Assembly: GCA_024408015.1 (NCBI GenBank)
Contig: JAKSVJ010000001.1
Span: forward strand, 1 to 30,104
Length of the DNA stretch: 30,104 bases
Direction: 5' to 3'
Source: Clostridia bacterium
GTDB lineage: Bacteria; Bacillota; Clostridia; Oscillospirales; CAG-272
A program made the position numbers and the translations under genes. Position 1 is the stretch's first letter; each line of letters starts with the position of its first letter. Shown here piece after piece: positions 1 through 9,182 of this stretch. The notes under the pieces are model-generated. The model ran no database searches, was not told the origin of the DNA, and was given only the letters and a program-made list of their open reading frames with translations.

Positions 1-583
1 CTGATGTAGATACATTGGTTTCTACAACATGGGAAGTATATAAATAAATTGTGGGATTTATTTGTAAGAAAAATGGAACACAGATCAAAGGGAGTATTGG
101 TATTAAAAGGTGGAACAAAGCTATTGTAGGACTTCCAAATATCATTACTTGGATGCCATTATACATTCCATTCCAAAGCATTACAACTGTCCAAATGATA
201 ACTCTTGCAGCACCAAGACCAGGGCCTGCAGGGTATGCTTGGTAATATGTATATAGCATTGAGATGACAGCATAGATAATACCCAACACTATTGTTGGAA
301 TTTCTGCTATTAGAGCAATAAGTATGCCTTTTGCAGCAAATTTCTTTTCTCTTCCAGCATCAACTTTGAGTCTATGCTCGGCACCCAAATACCACATATC
401 TACATCAATCAAAAATAGGTAGAGTAGTACAGCAAGAACGCCACATGCATACATAACAATTCTCAATGTGACATTATCACTTGAGAATGGGATGTATACC
501 ATTACACCGAATATTGCCATAACAATATGTGTACGTAGTAATTTTCCAATTATTGATTTGTTATCTTGTAATAATTGTTTCAA
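1..583 (-). CDS. Polytopic membrane protein of unknown function, 3' end runs off the window
   Basis: Not in the ORF track; I translated it by hand. TTG start at 583 with AGGAG RBS at 594-590. The frame stays open to position 1 (MKQLLQDNKSIIGKLLRTHIVMAIFGVMVYIPF...), with several long hydrophobic segments. It starts 35 nt after the xer stop. Confidence 0.75.
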   Translation of the reverse strand, partial: MKQLLQDNKSIIGKLLRTHIVMAIFGVMVYIPFSSDNVTLRIVMYACGVLAVLLYLFLIDVDMWYLGAEHRLKVDAGREKKFAAKGILIALIAEIPTIVLGIIYAVISMLYTYYQAYPAGPGLGAARVIIWTVVMLWNGMYNGIQVMIFGSPTIALFHLLIPILPLICVPFFLQINPTIYLYTSHVVETNVSTS

Positions 584-618
584 TTTTTACTCCTATAGTT
601 TTTATCACTATTTGCGAA

Positions 619-1641
619 TTAGCCATCGTCGTTTTCTTTAACATCATCTAATGTCAAATTAGCAAGAGGGTGATGTTTTGCCGCTTCTTCAACGGTTTTA
701 TTGCTTATGTGAGTGTATATTTGTGTGGTTGACAATTGTTCGTGGCCAAGAATTTCTTTGAGCGTTTGAACGTCAACTCCGCCTTTTTGATACATAAGAG
801 TTGCAGCTGTGTGTCTTAACTTATGTGTTGATAATTTTCTATTTCCAAGACCAGCTAGCTTCAAATATTTCTCGACTGTTTTTTGAACCATTTGATTGCT
901 TATTCTAGTTCCTCTATTTGAGATGAATAGGGCATTTTTATCAACAATGTTTTTACCAAGCGATGTTTTGTAGTTTAAATATGATTTCAATGCATTTTGA
1001 CAAGCATCATTTAAATATACCATTCGCTCTTTGTTGCCTTTACCTGTTACTCTTAAAGAAGATAGGTCTTTTGTAATATCAGAAGTATTAATTCCAACAA
1101 GTTCTGACAAACGCATTCCACAACTTAAAAACAAAGTAATCATGCAAAAATCTCGTTTAACTGTTTTTGATGATTTATCATTTGCTATTGCTTTTAATAG
1201 TTCAAGACTTTCTTCCTCTGTAAGGTACTTAGGAAGTGATTTCTTGAGTTTTGGACTTTCTATGTCTGCGGCAATGTTTGTTTCAACGATGTGCTCACGA
1301 ACTGTTAAGTATTTGTAGAAAGATTTTATAGCGGAAAGTTTTCTAGCTCTTGCCCCTGCCATGTTACCTCTCTCGTTTCTTTCGAACGCGAGAAATTCAA
1401 GTATATCAACAGAGGTTATCCCTCTAACAAAATCTTCATCAACCTCTTCGATTGATAGGCTTTCAAGAGTTTCTTCATCCAAGGAATACCCGTGTCTTTT
1501 TGCGACAAGATATCTAAAAAATGTTCTCAAATCAAGTCTATATTCATCAACTGTCTTTTGTGAACGTTCTTGGATTACTAACTTATATTGAAGATATTTT
1601 TCAACCAAAGGACAGGTTTCTATTGTATGTGTTTTTGTCAT
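619..1641 (-). CDS. xerC: Xer-family tyrosine recombinase
   Basis: All catalytic residues present: GMRLSEL (R), GKGNKER (K), HKLRH (HxxR), LGH, TTQIY (Y). N-terminal core-binding domain with ARARKLSAIKSFYKYL. The XerC/XerD/XerS subtype cannot be resolved by eye. Confidence 0.85.
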   Translation of the reverse strand: MTKTHTIETCPLVEKYLQYKLVIQERSQKTVDEYRLDLRTFFRYLVAKRHGYSLDEETLESLSIEEVDEDFVRGITSVDILEFLAFERNERGNMAGARARKLSAIKSFYKYLTVREHIVETNIAADIESPKLKKSLPKYLTEEESLELLKAIANDKSSKTVKRDFCMITLFLSCGMRLSELVGINTSDITKDLSSLRVTGKGNKERMVYLNDACQNALKSYLNYKTSLGKNIVDKNALFISNRGTRISNQMVQKTVEKYLKLAGLGNRKLSTHKLRHTAATLMYQKGGVDVQTLKEILGHEQLSTTQIYTHISNKTVEEAAKHHPLANLTLDDVKENDDG

Positions 1642-1674
1642 TACATCCTCTAAGTTCTAAATCATTATTGATTA

Positions 1675-1703
1675 ATTATAACCCATCTCCGTTCAAATCT
1701 CAA
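1675..1703 (-). promoter_or_regulatory. sigma70/SigA-type promoter for xer
   Basis: On the minus strand, TTGAGA (1703-1698), a 17-nt spacer, then TATAAT (1680-1675); RBS-like AGAGGA just upstream of the ATG. Confidence 0.65.
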
Positions 1704-1733
1704 TACTTATTATATATTAATATATAAGTTTTA

Positions 1734-1762
1734 TTGCAAAAATCAAAATTATAATGTATAAT
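1734..1762 (+). promoter_or_regulatory. SigA-type promoter for the trmL-secA operon
   Basis: TTGCAA (1734-1739), 17-nt spacer, TATAAT (1757-1762). Confidence 0.7.
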
Positions 1763-1788
1763 TACAATGAGAAAAGAGGGGCATTTTT

Positions 1789-2307
1789 ATGGCGGAAATT
1801 AATATAGTTTTGGTTGAACCAGAAATACCACAAAATACTGGTAATATTGCTAGAACATGCGACTGTACTGGCGCTGCTTTGCATATTGTTAAACCTATGG
1901 GTTTTGAAATAGATGATAGAAAATTAAAGAGAGCTGGACTTGATTATTGGTGGGATCTTGAAATCCACTATTATGAGTCACTCGATGAGTTTTTAAGCTT
2001 ACATGGTGATAAGCCTTTGTGCTTCTTTACAACGAAATCAGATAACATATATACAAACAGAGATTTTTCACAAGAAGAAGCATGGCTTGTGTTTGGTAAG
2101 GAGACAAAGGGATTACCTGAAACGTTGTTATGTAATAATGAAAGCAAGACTGTAAGGATTCCAATGATAGGTGATAAGCGTAGCCTTAATCTATCAAACA
2201 GTGTTGCTATAGCAGTATATGAAGTTTTAAGACAGAGAAACTACAAACAATTGAAAACTGAGGGTGAAAGAATACGTATGTTGAATTCACTTTTGAACGA
2301 AAATTAA
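1789..2307 (+). CDS. trmL: tRNA (cytidine/uridine(34)-2'-O)-methyltransferase, SPOUT family
   Basis: LVEPEIPQNTGNIARTC, RAGLDYW, LVFGKETKGLP, RIPM...RSLNLSNSVAIAVYE motifs. Confidence 0.95.
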   Translation: MAEINIVLVEPEIPQNTGNIARTCDCTGAALHIVKPMGFEIDDRKLKRAGLDYWWDLEIHYYESLDEFLSLHGDKPLCFFTTKSDNIYTNRDFSQEEAWLVFGKETKGLPETLLCNNESKTVRIPMIGDKRSLNLSNSVAIAVYEVLRQRNYKQLKTEGERIRMLNSLLNEN

Positions 2308-2322
2308 TTTAGGAGACTACGG

Positions 2323-5040
2323 ATGAGCTTATTTGAAAAAATGTTTGGAACATATAGCGAAAGACAAGTTAAGAAATTGACTGAAACTGTTGATTTGATT
2401 GAATCTTTGGCTGACAAGTATAAAGCTATGAGCAATGAAGAACTTGCCAATATGACAAGTGTTCTTAAGGGAAGATTAGCTTCTGGTGAAAGCCTTGATG
2501 ATATTCTCCCAGACGCATTTGCTACTGCACGTGAAGCTGCAGATAGAGTTCTTGGAAAGCGCCCATTTAGAGTTCAGATTATAGGTGGTATTATTCTTCA
2601 CCAAGGAAGAATCGCGGAAATGAAAACGGGTGAAGGAAAAACACTTGTTGCTACAATGCCAGCATACCTTAACGCATTGACAGAAAAGGGCGTTCATATT
2701 GTTACAGTAAACGACTACCTTGCACGTCGTGACAGTGAAGAAATGGGCAAAATATATGCATTTTTAGGACTAACTACAGGCCTTATTGTGCATGGTCAAG
2801 ATAACGATGAAAAACGTGCAGCATATAATTGCGACATTACATATGGTACAAATAATGAGCTCGGTTTCGACTACTTGCGTGATAATATGGTCACAGTTAA
2901 AGAACAACTTGTACAAAGACCATTTAACTTTGCTATTGTCGATGAAGTTGACTCAATTTTGATTGATGAAGCGAGAACTCCTCTTATCATTTCAGGTCAT
3001 GGTGCTAAGAGTGATGAACTATATAAAAAAGCCGATGCATTGGTTAGAGCTATGCGTCCATTGGTTATCAAAGAGATGGACAAAAAAGCAGACTACACAG
3101 ATGCAAGTGAAGACTATGTTGTTGATGAAAAAGGTAAGCATTGTACATTGACAGCGCGTGGTATTGCTAAAGCCGAAAGATTCTTCGGAGTGGACAACAT
3201 CAGTGATATTGAAAACAGCACGATCATGCATCACATAGAGCAGGCTCTTCATGCATACGGAATTATGAAGAGAGACATAGATTATCTTGTTTCACCTGAC
3301 AATAAAGTATTGATTATTGATTCATTTACTGGACGTGTAATGCCAGGCAGAAGATATTCAAACGGCTTGCATCAAGCTATTGAAGCAAAAGAAAGAGTTA
3401 AAGTTGAAAATGAAAACCAAACTTTAGCTACTATTACTTTCCAGAACTTCTTTAGACTATATAAAAAGCTATCAGGTATGACTGGTACAGCTCTTACTGA
3501 AGACGCAGAATTCAGAGAGATTTACGACTTGGATGTAGTTGAAGTCCCAACTAATAAGCCAATGATTCGTATTGATTCAACTGATGCTGTATATAAGAGC
3601 ATTAAAGGAAAAACTCAGGCTATTGTTGATCAAATCAAGGCTTGCTATGAAAAAGGACAGCCTGTACTTGTTGGTACAATCTCTGTTGAAAAATCGGAAG
3701 CTCTTTCTGCAATATTAAAAAAAGAAGGAATTCCACATAACGTGTTGAACGCAAAACAACACGAAAGAGAAGCTGAAATTGTAGCTCAGGCTGGTAAGTT
3801 CAAAGCCGTTACCATTTCAACAAACATGGCTGGACGTGGTACAGATATTATGCTTGGCGGTAATGCAGAATTTATGGCCAAGAACGATTTGAAAAAACTA
3901 GGTTACAACGAAGAAGAAATCTACGCTATAACAGGTGTTTCTGATACAAAAGATGAGAGAATTCTTGAGGGAAGAGAGATTTATTCTGAAAATCTAGCTA
4001 AGCACAAAGAAGAGATTGCTCCAGAAGCAGAAAAGGTACGTCAAGCTGGCGGTTTGTTTATTTTAGGTACTGAAAGACATGAAAGCAGACGTATCGATAA
4101 CCAGTTAAGAGGACGTTCCGGAAGACAAGGCGACCCAGGACAAAGTAGATTCTATCTTTCACTAGAAGATGACCTTATGCGTCTTTTTGGTAGTGATAGA
4201 GTTTTGGGATTAGTTAACTCAATTGGACTTGATGATTCACAAGAAATAAATGCAAAAATATTGTCAAACTCAATAGAAAATGCGCAAAGACATCTTGAGG
4301 GTGAAAACTTTAATAGACGTAAAACTGTTCTTGAATTCGACGATGTAATGAACCAGCAAAGAAACATAATCTACGGTCAGCGTCGTGATGTTATTGATGG
4401 AAAAGACATCACTGAAACAATCGATAGTATGTTTGACGATATCATAACATATGCATTCGAAGAGGCAACAGAGAGTGACGGATCAGTGAATTTTGTAACA
4501 GTAAAAGAAAGATTGCCATGGCTTGTTTCTAATGACGAGGCTAACAATGCAACTGACGCAAAAGAATTTGAAGAACTTCTCAAAAAGAAGATTAGCCTTG
4601 GAAAAGAAATGTCAAAAGCTGCTTTTGGTGACAACTACGATGAACTAAAGAGATTTGCTTTGCTCAAGGCAGTTGACGTTAACTGGATGCAACATCTTGA
4701 TGCCATGGACGATTTGAGAGATGGTGTTGGACTTCACTCATATGCTTCAAGAAAGCCTATTGATGAATATAGAATTACAGGCGGAGATATGTTCAATGAT
4801 ATGATTGAGCAAATCCGTATAGATACAGTAAGATTAATTTTGACTGCAAGACCAGCAGAACAAGTTAAAAGAGAAGCAGTTGCAAACGCTCAGCGTGCAC
4901 AAGCAGCAAATGCCGGCGCACCTGAAAAACAAAAACCTATCGTTAAAAAGCTCAGTGACAAGGTTGGTAGAAATGATCCTTGTCCATGCGGTAGTGGCTT
5001 AAAATATAAAAAGTGTTGCGGTAGAAACACAGATAATTAG
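2323..5040 (+). CDS. secA: Preprotein translocase ATPase SecA
   Basis: EMKTGEGKT Walker [45 protein letters not shown], and the C-terminal SEC-C motif [19 protein letters not shown]. Confidence 0.99.
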   Translation: MSLFEKMFGTYSERQVKKLTETVDLIESLADKYKAMSNEELANMTSVLKGRLASGESLDDILPDAFATAREAADRVLGKRPFRVQIIGGIILHQGRIAEMKTGEGKTLVATMPAYLNALTEKGVHIVTVNDYLARRDSEEMGKIYAFLGLTTGLIVHGQDNDEKRAAYNCDITYGTNNELGFDYLRDNMVTVKEQLVQRPFNFAIVDEVDSILIDEARTPLIISGHGAKSDELYKKADALVRAMRPLVIKEMDKKADYTDASEDYVVDEKGKHCTLTARGIAKAERFFGVDNISDIENSTIMHHIEQALHAYGIMKRDIDYLVSPDNKVLIIDSFTGRVMPGRRYSNGLHQAIEAKERVKVENENQTLATITFQNFFRLYKKLSGMTGTALTEDAEFREIYDLDVVEVPTNKPMIRIDSTDAVYKSIKGKTQAIVDQIKACYEKGQPVLVGTISVEKSEALSAILKKEGIPHNVLNAKQHEREAEIVAQAGKFKAVTISTNMAGRGTDIMLGGNAEFMAKNDLKKLGYNEEEIYAITGVSDTKDERILEGREIYSENLAKHKEEIAPEAEKVRQAGGLFILGTERHESRRIDNQLRGRSGRQGDPGQSRFYLSLEDDLMRLFGSDRVLGLVNSIGLDDSQEINAKILSNSIENAQRHLEGENFNRRKTVLEFDDVMNQQRNIIYGQRRDVIDGKDITETIDSMFDDIITYAFEEATESDGSVNFVTVKERLPWLVSNDEANNATDAKEFEELLKKKISLGKEMSKAAFGDNYDELKRFALLKAVDVNWMQHLDAMDDLRDGVGLHSYASRKPIDEYRITGGDMFNDMIEQIRIDTVRLILTARPAEQVKREAVANAQRAQAANAGAPEKQKPIVKKLSDKVGRNDPCPCGSGLKYKKCCGRNTDN

Positions 5041-5049
5041 GAGTAAATT

Positions 5050-5778
5050 ATGGGATTCGGATGGATGTTCCTTGGAACGATATTTTTCTGGACTGCAAAA
5101 ATTGAATACTTCGACCTTCTTCCGGATTTCCTTGGTTATTTGCTTATCATTCACGGAATTGAAGTCGCACTTAGACATTGTAATAACTTTAAGAATGCGA
5201 GAATTGCTTCGTATGTAGGATGTGGAACATCAGCTGTTGTTCTTCTTATGCAAGCTATTCAACTTATTGATTATGATGATGTAATTCCGGATACAATTTT
5301 GTCGATTATTAATGCTGTTAATGTTGCTGTTAGAGTAGCATTTATAATCATTTTGTTGTTGGCAATTCATGCATTGTCTAAAGAAATCAAGGCAACAAGA
5401 ACATCAAAACGTTCACTTCAAGCATTGTTTGTTGTTCCACTTTTTGTGTTATTCAATGTTGCCCTTGAAGCTATTGCATATCTTGGTCTCATTGAAGATA
5501 CTGAGAAAATAATAGCAGGCGCTTTGTTGTGTGAAATAGTATATGTTGCTATGACTTTTGTTACAGTTTTCTCATCATACATGTGGATTTGTCTTGAAGG
5601 TGATGAGAAAATGGAAAAGAAAAACAAAACAAAGTCACCAATGGATTATTTTGACGACCGAAAAGCCAAAGATCAGGCCGAAAATGCTCAATATCAAAAA
5701 GAGCAAAATGCAGCAAAAGCCGGAAAAACTATGGCTCAAATGTATGGCGTTAAAAAGAAAAAGAAGGGTAAAAAATGA
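5050..5778 (+). CDS. Unknown polytopic membrane protein A (about 5-6 hydrophobic segments, basic C-terminal tail)
   Basis: 242-aa ORF; its AGGAG RBS overlaps the secA stop. N-terminal motif DLLPDFLGYLLI; ends in KKKKKGKK. Confidence 0.85.
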   Translation: MGFGWMFLGTIFFWTAKIEYFDLLPDFLGYLLIIHGIEVALRHCNNFKNARIASYVGCGTSAVVLLMQAIQLIDYDDVIPDTILSIINAVNVAVRVAFIIILLLAIHALSKEIKATRTSKRSLQALFVVPLFVLFNVALEAIAYLGLIEDTEKIIAGALLCEIVYVAMTFVTVFSSYMWICLEGDEKMEKKNKTKSPMDYFDDRKAKDQAENAQYQKEQNAAKAGKTMAQMYGVKKKKKGKK

Positions 5779-7097
5779 GTTATTGGTACATATTTGTAGG
5801 TAGTTTATTTCTATTTAACCCTTCAATCAATTTAATTGATTTTCTCCCTGATTTTATAGGAATAATACTGATATTGATAGGGATGCGCAAAATAGCTGAT
5901 TTGAACAACTATATTGGTGACGCATTCATAAAGATGAGATGGTCATTGTGGGTGGCCTTTGGAAAACTTGTTTGTTTATTACTTGTTAGATCTCTTGATG
6001 CCACAATGATTTTGGTGTTCTCATTTGCGACTGCAATACTTGAATGTGCATTTTTAATACCAGCATTTATTGGGCTATTGGAAGGTATGGAATATCTTTC
6101 AATTCGAGAGATTGATAATGGGTTATATGACACATCTAAACTAAAAATGACAACTTTGGTATTCATTGTTGTTAGAGCAGTTGGCTCATTTTTGCCAGGT
6201 GTTGCAGCAATGCTTATTAGCACATCAACTGGTACTGTAAACTCAGGAATAGGAATATCTGCTGACGCAATGAATTTCTACCTTAACCTATTGTTTGCTA
6301 GCATAGTAATGGCTATAGGCATTGTATGGGTTGTTGGCGTATTCAAACTAATCAAAGCATATGCTTCAAGTGAAGAACTCAACAAAGTTCTAATTCAAAG
6401 ATATCAGCACGAAATTCTAGATAACAAAGAGATAATGATTAGGCGAAGAATAAGGATGATGACATTATTAGCATTCCTTGCAACTTTGCCACTTATAACT
6501 GTGAAAATTGATTATCATTATGTAATGCCAGAATTGGCATTTGGTATTTTGTATATGGCTTCAACTTATGTTTGTGGCAAATATACTAATGATAAAAAAT
6601 TAAGAGTTATGAGTATTGTTTCAACAATAATATGCCTAATTCAGTTTGTGATTTTATGGATATTCGAAGATTTATTTGGAGAATATACATTTGACTCATT
6701 TGAAATAGCATTCAAGAACGATTATTACCCAGAATTGTTTATTTCAATTGTCGCATTAGCATTGATTTCCTATGCAATTATGTATGTATGCCATTTGTCG
6801 ATGTCAAAGCTATTTTGCAAAGCAATTGACGAAAGCGTTGGACTTAAGGGCGAGTACACTGATCTTAGAAGATTTGACCTTGACAACGAAAAGAAAAAAC
6901 TCATGAAAAAGAGAGTGGTAATGACAAACATAATCATGGGTGTTTATTGTTTGGTTTCATTTATCACGACTATAACAAGTCAGTTATATGATTTGAGAGA
7001 AACATGGCTATTAAGATTAACTTTTGGCCTTGTTTTGATGGTAACAACATATTTTGTGAACAAGCAAATTTCAGACGAAGCAGAAAATGCTCTATAA
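5775..7097 (+). CDS. Unknown polytopic membrane protein B (about 10-12 hydrophobic segments), paralogous to A
   Basis: 440-aa ORF with an ATGA overlap with gene A. N-terminal DFLPDFIGIILI is in the same register as in A. Confidence 0.85.
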   Translation: MSYWYIFVGSLFLFNPSINLIDFLPDFIGIILILIGMRKIADLNNYIGDAFIKMRWSLWVAFGKLVCLLLVRSLDATMILVFSFATAILECAFLIPAFIGLLEGMEYLSIREIDNGLYDTSKLKMTTLVFIVVRAVGSFLPGVAAMLISTSTGTVNSGIGISADAMNFYLNLLFASIVMAIGIVWVVGVFKLIKAYASSEELNKVLIQRYQHEILDNKEIMIRRRIRMMTLLAFLATLPLITVKIDYHYVMPELAFGILYMASTYVCGKYTNDKKLRVMSIVSTIICLIQFVILWIFEDLFGEYTFDSFEIAFKNDYYPELFISIVALALISYAIMYVCHLSMSKLFCKAIDESVGLKGEYTDLRRFDLDNEKKKLMKKRVVMTNIIMGVYCLVSFITTITSQLYDLRETWLLRLTFGLVLMVTTYFVNKQISDEAENAL

Positions 7098-7106
7098 GGA
7101 GTTATT

Positions 7107-7685
7107 ATGAATAAGAATAGAAAAATAGTAACATCTATTTTGGAATTAATAGAGATAATGTCCATGTCTATTGTGGTAGTAATATTGGTTTTCACTTTCA
7201 TAGGAAGATTGTCAACAGTAGATGGTTCATCTATGAACAATACGCTAACTGATGGTGATAGAGTAATAATTACAAATCTCTTTTATACACCACAAAATGG
7301 AGACATAATTGTTTTCCAACAAGCTGATGGATATTATAAAATTCCGCTAGTAAAAAGAGTCATTGCAAAAGGCGGAGACACTTTGAGAATCGATTTTTCT
7401 TCTTGGAAAGTTTACGTTAATGGTGAACTTGTTGATGAGCCTTACGTGAATAAGGATATGTTTAATTCAATGAAATCAGAAGACTATTTTTCGGTATACA
7501 AACAGTATTTAGATGTAACAGGAACAATGACAATTCCTGAAGGATATGTATTTGCTATGGGTGATAATAGAAATCATTCAAGTGATAGTAGATACGAGGG
7601 TGTAAAATTGGTAAGCGTTAACGATATTATGGGCAAATTAATTTTGCGTATAGCTCCGATTAGCGAATTTGGAAAGGTTGATTAA
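7107..7685 (+). CDS. lepB: Signal peptidase I
   Basis: N-terminal transmembrane segment, GSSM (catalytic Ser), VKRVI (catalytic Lys), MGDNRNHSSDSR. Confidence 0.96.
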   Translation: MNKNRKIVTSILELIEIMSMSIVVVILVFTFIGRLSTVDGSSMNNTLTDGDRVIITNLFYTPQNGDIIVFQQADGYYKIPLVKRVIAKGGDTLRIDFSSWKVYVNGELVDEPYVNKDMFNSMKSEDYFSVYKQYLDVTGTMTIPEGYVFAMGDNRNHSSDSRYEGVKLVSVNDIMGKLILRIAPISEFGKVD

Positions 7686-7687
7686 AA

Positions 7688-8560
7688 ATGCCGACGGATA
7701 TTATTCAATGGTTTCCTGGACATATGGCGAAAACTCGCCGTATGATTACAGAAAACTTAAAACTTGTTGATGTTGTTTTTGAATTATTGGATGCTAGAAT
7801 TCCATATTCATCACAAAACCCAGAAATACCGAAATTAACTTCAGGAAAACCTAGACTCACTTTGTTGTCTAAAACATCATTAGCAGATCCAAAAGTAACT
7901 GCAAGATGGCAAGAGTATTACCAGAGTGTTGGAAGAAAATGCATATTCTATGATGTAAGAACAGGCGAAGGTCTAGATAAAATTGGTCCTGCGGTTAATG
8001 AATTGTGTGCGGATAAATTGGCCAAATACAAGGAGAAGGGCATGATAAGACCTCTTAAGGCTATGATTGTTGGTATTCCTAATGTTGGCAAGAGCTCATT
8101 GATTAACAAAATAGCAACTGACAAAAAAGCTAAAGTTGAAGATAGACCTGGTGTCACAAAAGATATGCAATGGGTTAAGACTTCATATGGAATTGACCTT
8201 ATGGATATGCCAGGTGTTTTATGGCCAAAATTCGAAGAGAGAAGAGTTGGCGAAAACCTAGCAATGACTGGCGCTGTTAAGGATGAAATTACTGAACTTG
8301 AGTCATTGGCTGGTGCACTATGCAAGAGACTTTACGAGATATATCCAGAACTTCTTTGTCAAAGATACAAGCTTGAAATGTCTGAACTTGAAGACCTTGA
8401 AATATGGCAAATTTTCGAGTTGATTGGCAAAAAAAGAGGCTTCTTAATTTCTGGCGGCGAAATTAATTACGACAGAACTGCAAGAATGCTTCTTGATGAG
8501 TTTAGATCAGGAAAAATAGGTAGAATCACACTTGAAGTTCCTGGAGGCAAACATGCTTGA
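7688..8560 (+). CDS. rbgA: Ribosome biogenesis circularly permuted GTPase RbgA/YlqF
   Basis: IQWFPGHMAK, LDARIPYSS, GIPNVGKSSLIN (G1), PGVT (G2), DMPG (G3), EFRSGKIGRITLE. Confidence 0.96.
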   Translation: MPTDIIQWFPGHMAKTRRMITENLKLVDVVFELLDARIPYSSQNPEIPKLTSGKPRLTLLSKTSLADPKVTARWQEYYQSVGRKCIFYDVRTGEGLDKIGPAVNELCADKLAKYKEKGMIRPLKAMIVGIPNVGKSSLINKIATDKKAKVEDRPGVTKDMQWVKTSYGIDLMDMPGVLWPKFEERRVGENLAMTGAVKDEITELESLAGALCKRLYEIYPELLCQRYKLEMSELEDLEIWQIFELIGKKRGFLISGGEINYDRTARMLLDEFRSGKIGRITLEVPGGKHA

Positions 8561-9149
8561 TTTTTCATTTGAAAATGAATGTAAAGAGCAAGGATATGTT
8601 TCAATTTGTGGTATTGACGAAGCAGGAAGAGGACCTTTAGCTGGAAATGTAGTTGCAGCCGCAGTAATTATGCCTGAAGGATTTTTACCAGAGGGTTTAA
8701 ATGATTCAAAAAAGATAAGCCCTAAAAAAAGAGAAAAATTGTACGATATAATTACAGCCAATTGTATATGGTCAGTTGGAGAAGCAACACCAGCGGAAAT
8801 AGATGAGTACAATATACTCAATGCAACTATGCTTGCTATGAATAGAGCGGTCGAAGGTCTATCTCAGAAAGCGGACTTTGCTTTGATTGATGGCAATTGC
8901 TCTCGTGGTTTTAAAATACCGACAAAGACGGTTGTAAGTGGAGATGCAAAAGTACCGTCTATTGCAGCCGCTTCAATTATTGCAAAAGTTACAAGGGATA
9001 GAGAGTGTCTTGAACTTGATGCTAAATATCCAGAATATGGATTTGCAAAGCATAAAGGTTACCCTACTGCAGAACATATGAACAAGGTTAGGGAACTTGG
9101 TCCTTGTAGTGAATATAGAATGAGTTTTCTCTCATTCTTAAAAAAATAG
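8553..9149 (+). CDS. rnhB: Ribonuclease HII
   Basis: GIDEAGRGPLAG, DSKK, LIDG, SIAAASIIAKVTRD. Start moved to ATG 8553, which follows GGAGG at 8543-8547. Confidence 0.96.
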   Translation: MLDFSFENECKEQGYVSICGIDEAGRGPLAGNVVAAAVIMPEGFLPEGLNDSKKISPKKREKLYDIITANCIWSVGEATPAEIDEYNILNATMLAMNRAVEGLSQKADFALIDGNCSRGFKIPTKTVVSGDAKVPSIAAASIIAKVTRDRECLELDAKYPEYGFAKHKGYPTAEHMNKVRELGPCSEYRMSFLSFLKK

Positions 9150-9182
9150 AAATAACAAAGAAAACTAAGAAAAGGAGGAGAA

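Noticed and set aside
1642-1788. Replication terminus (dif) or origin at the strand switch next to xer
   Set aside because: Genes diverge from this point rather than converge on it, which is wrong for a terminus. The arms around TATATA/TGTATA match XerC/D consensus poorly. There are no DnaA boxes (TTATNCACA) and no dnaA for an origin. Kept only as a low-score binding-site hypothesis.
9159-9171. 13-mer AGAAAACTAAGAA shared with 17851-17863 (two intergenic regions)
   Set aside because: A-rich and non-palindromic; such matches are expected by chance in 30 kb of AT-rich DNA.
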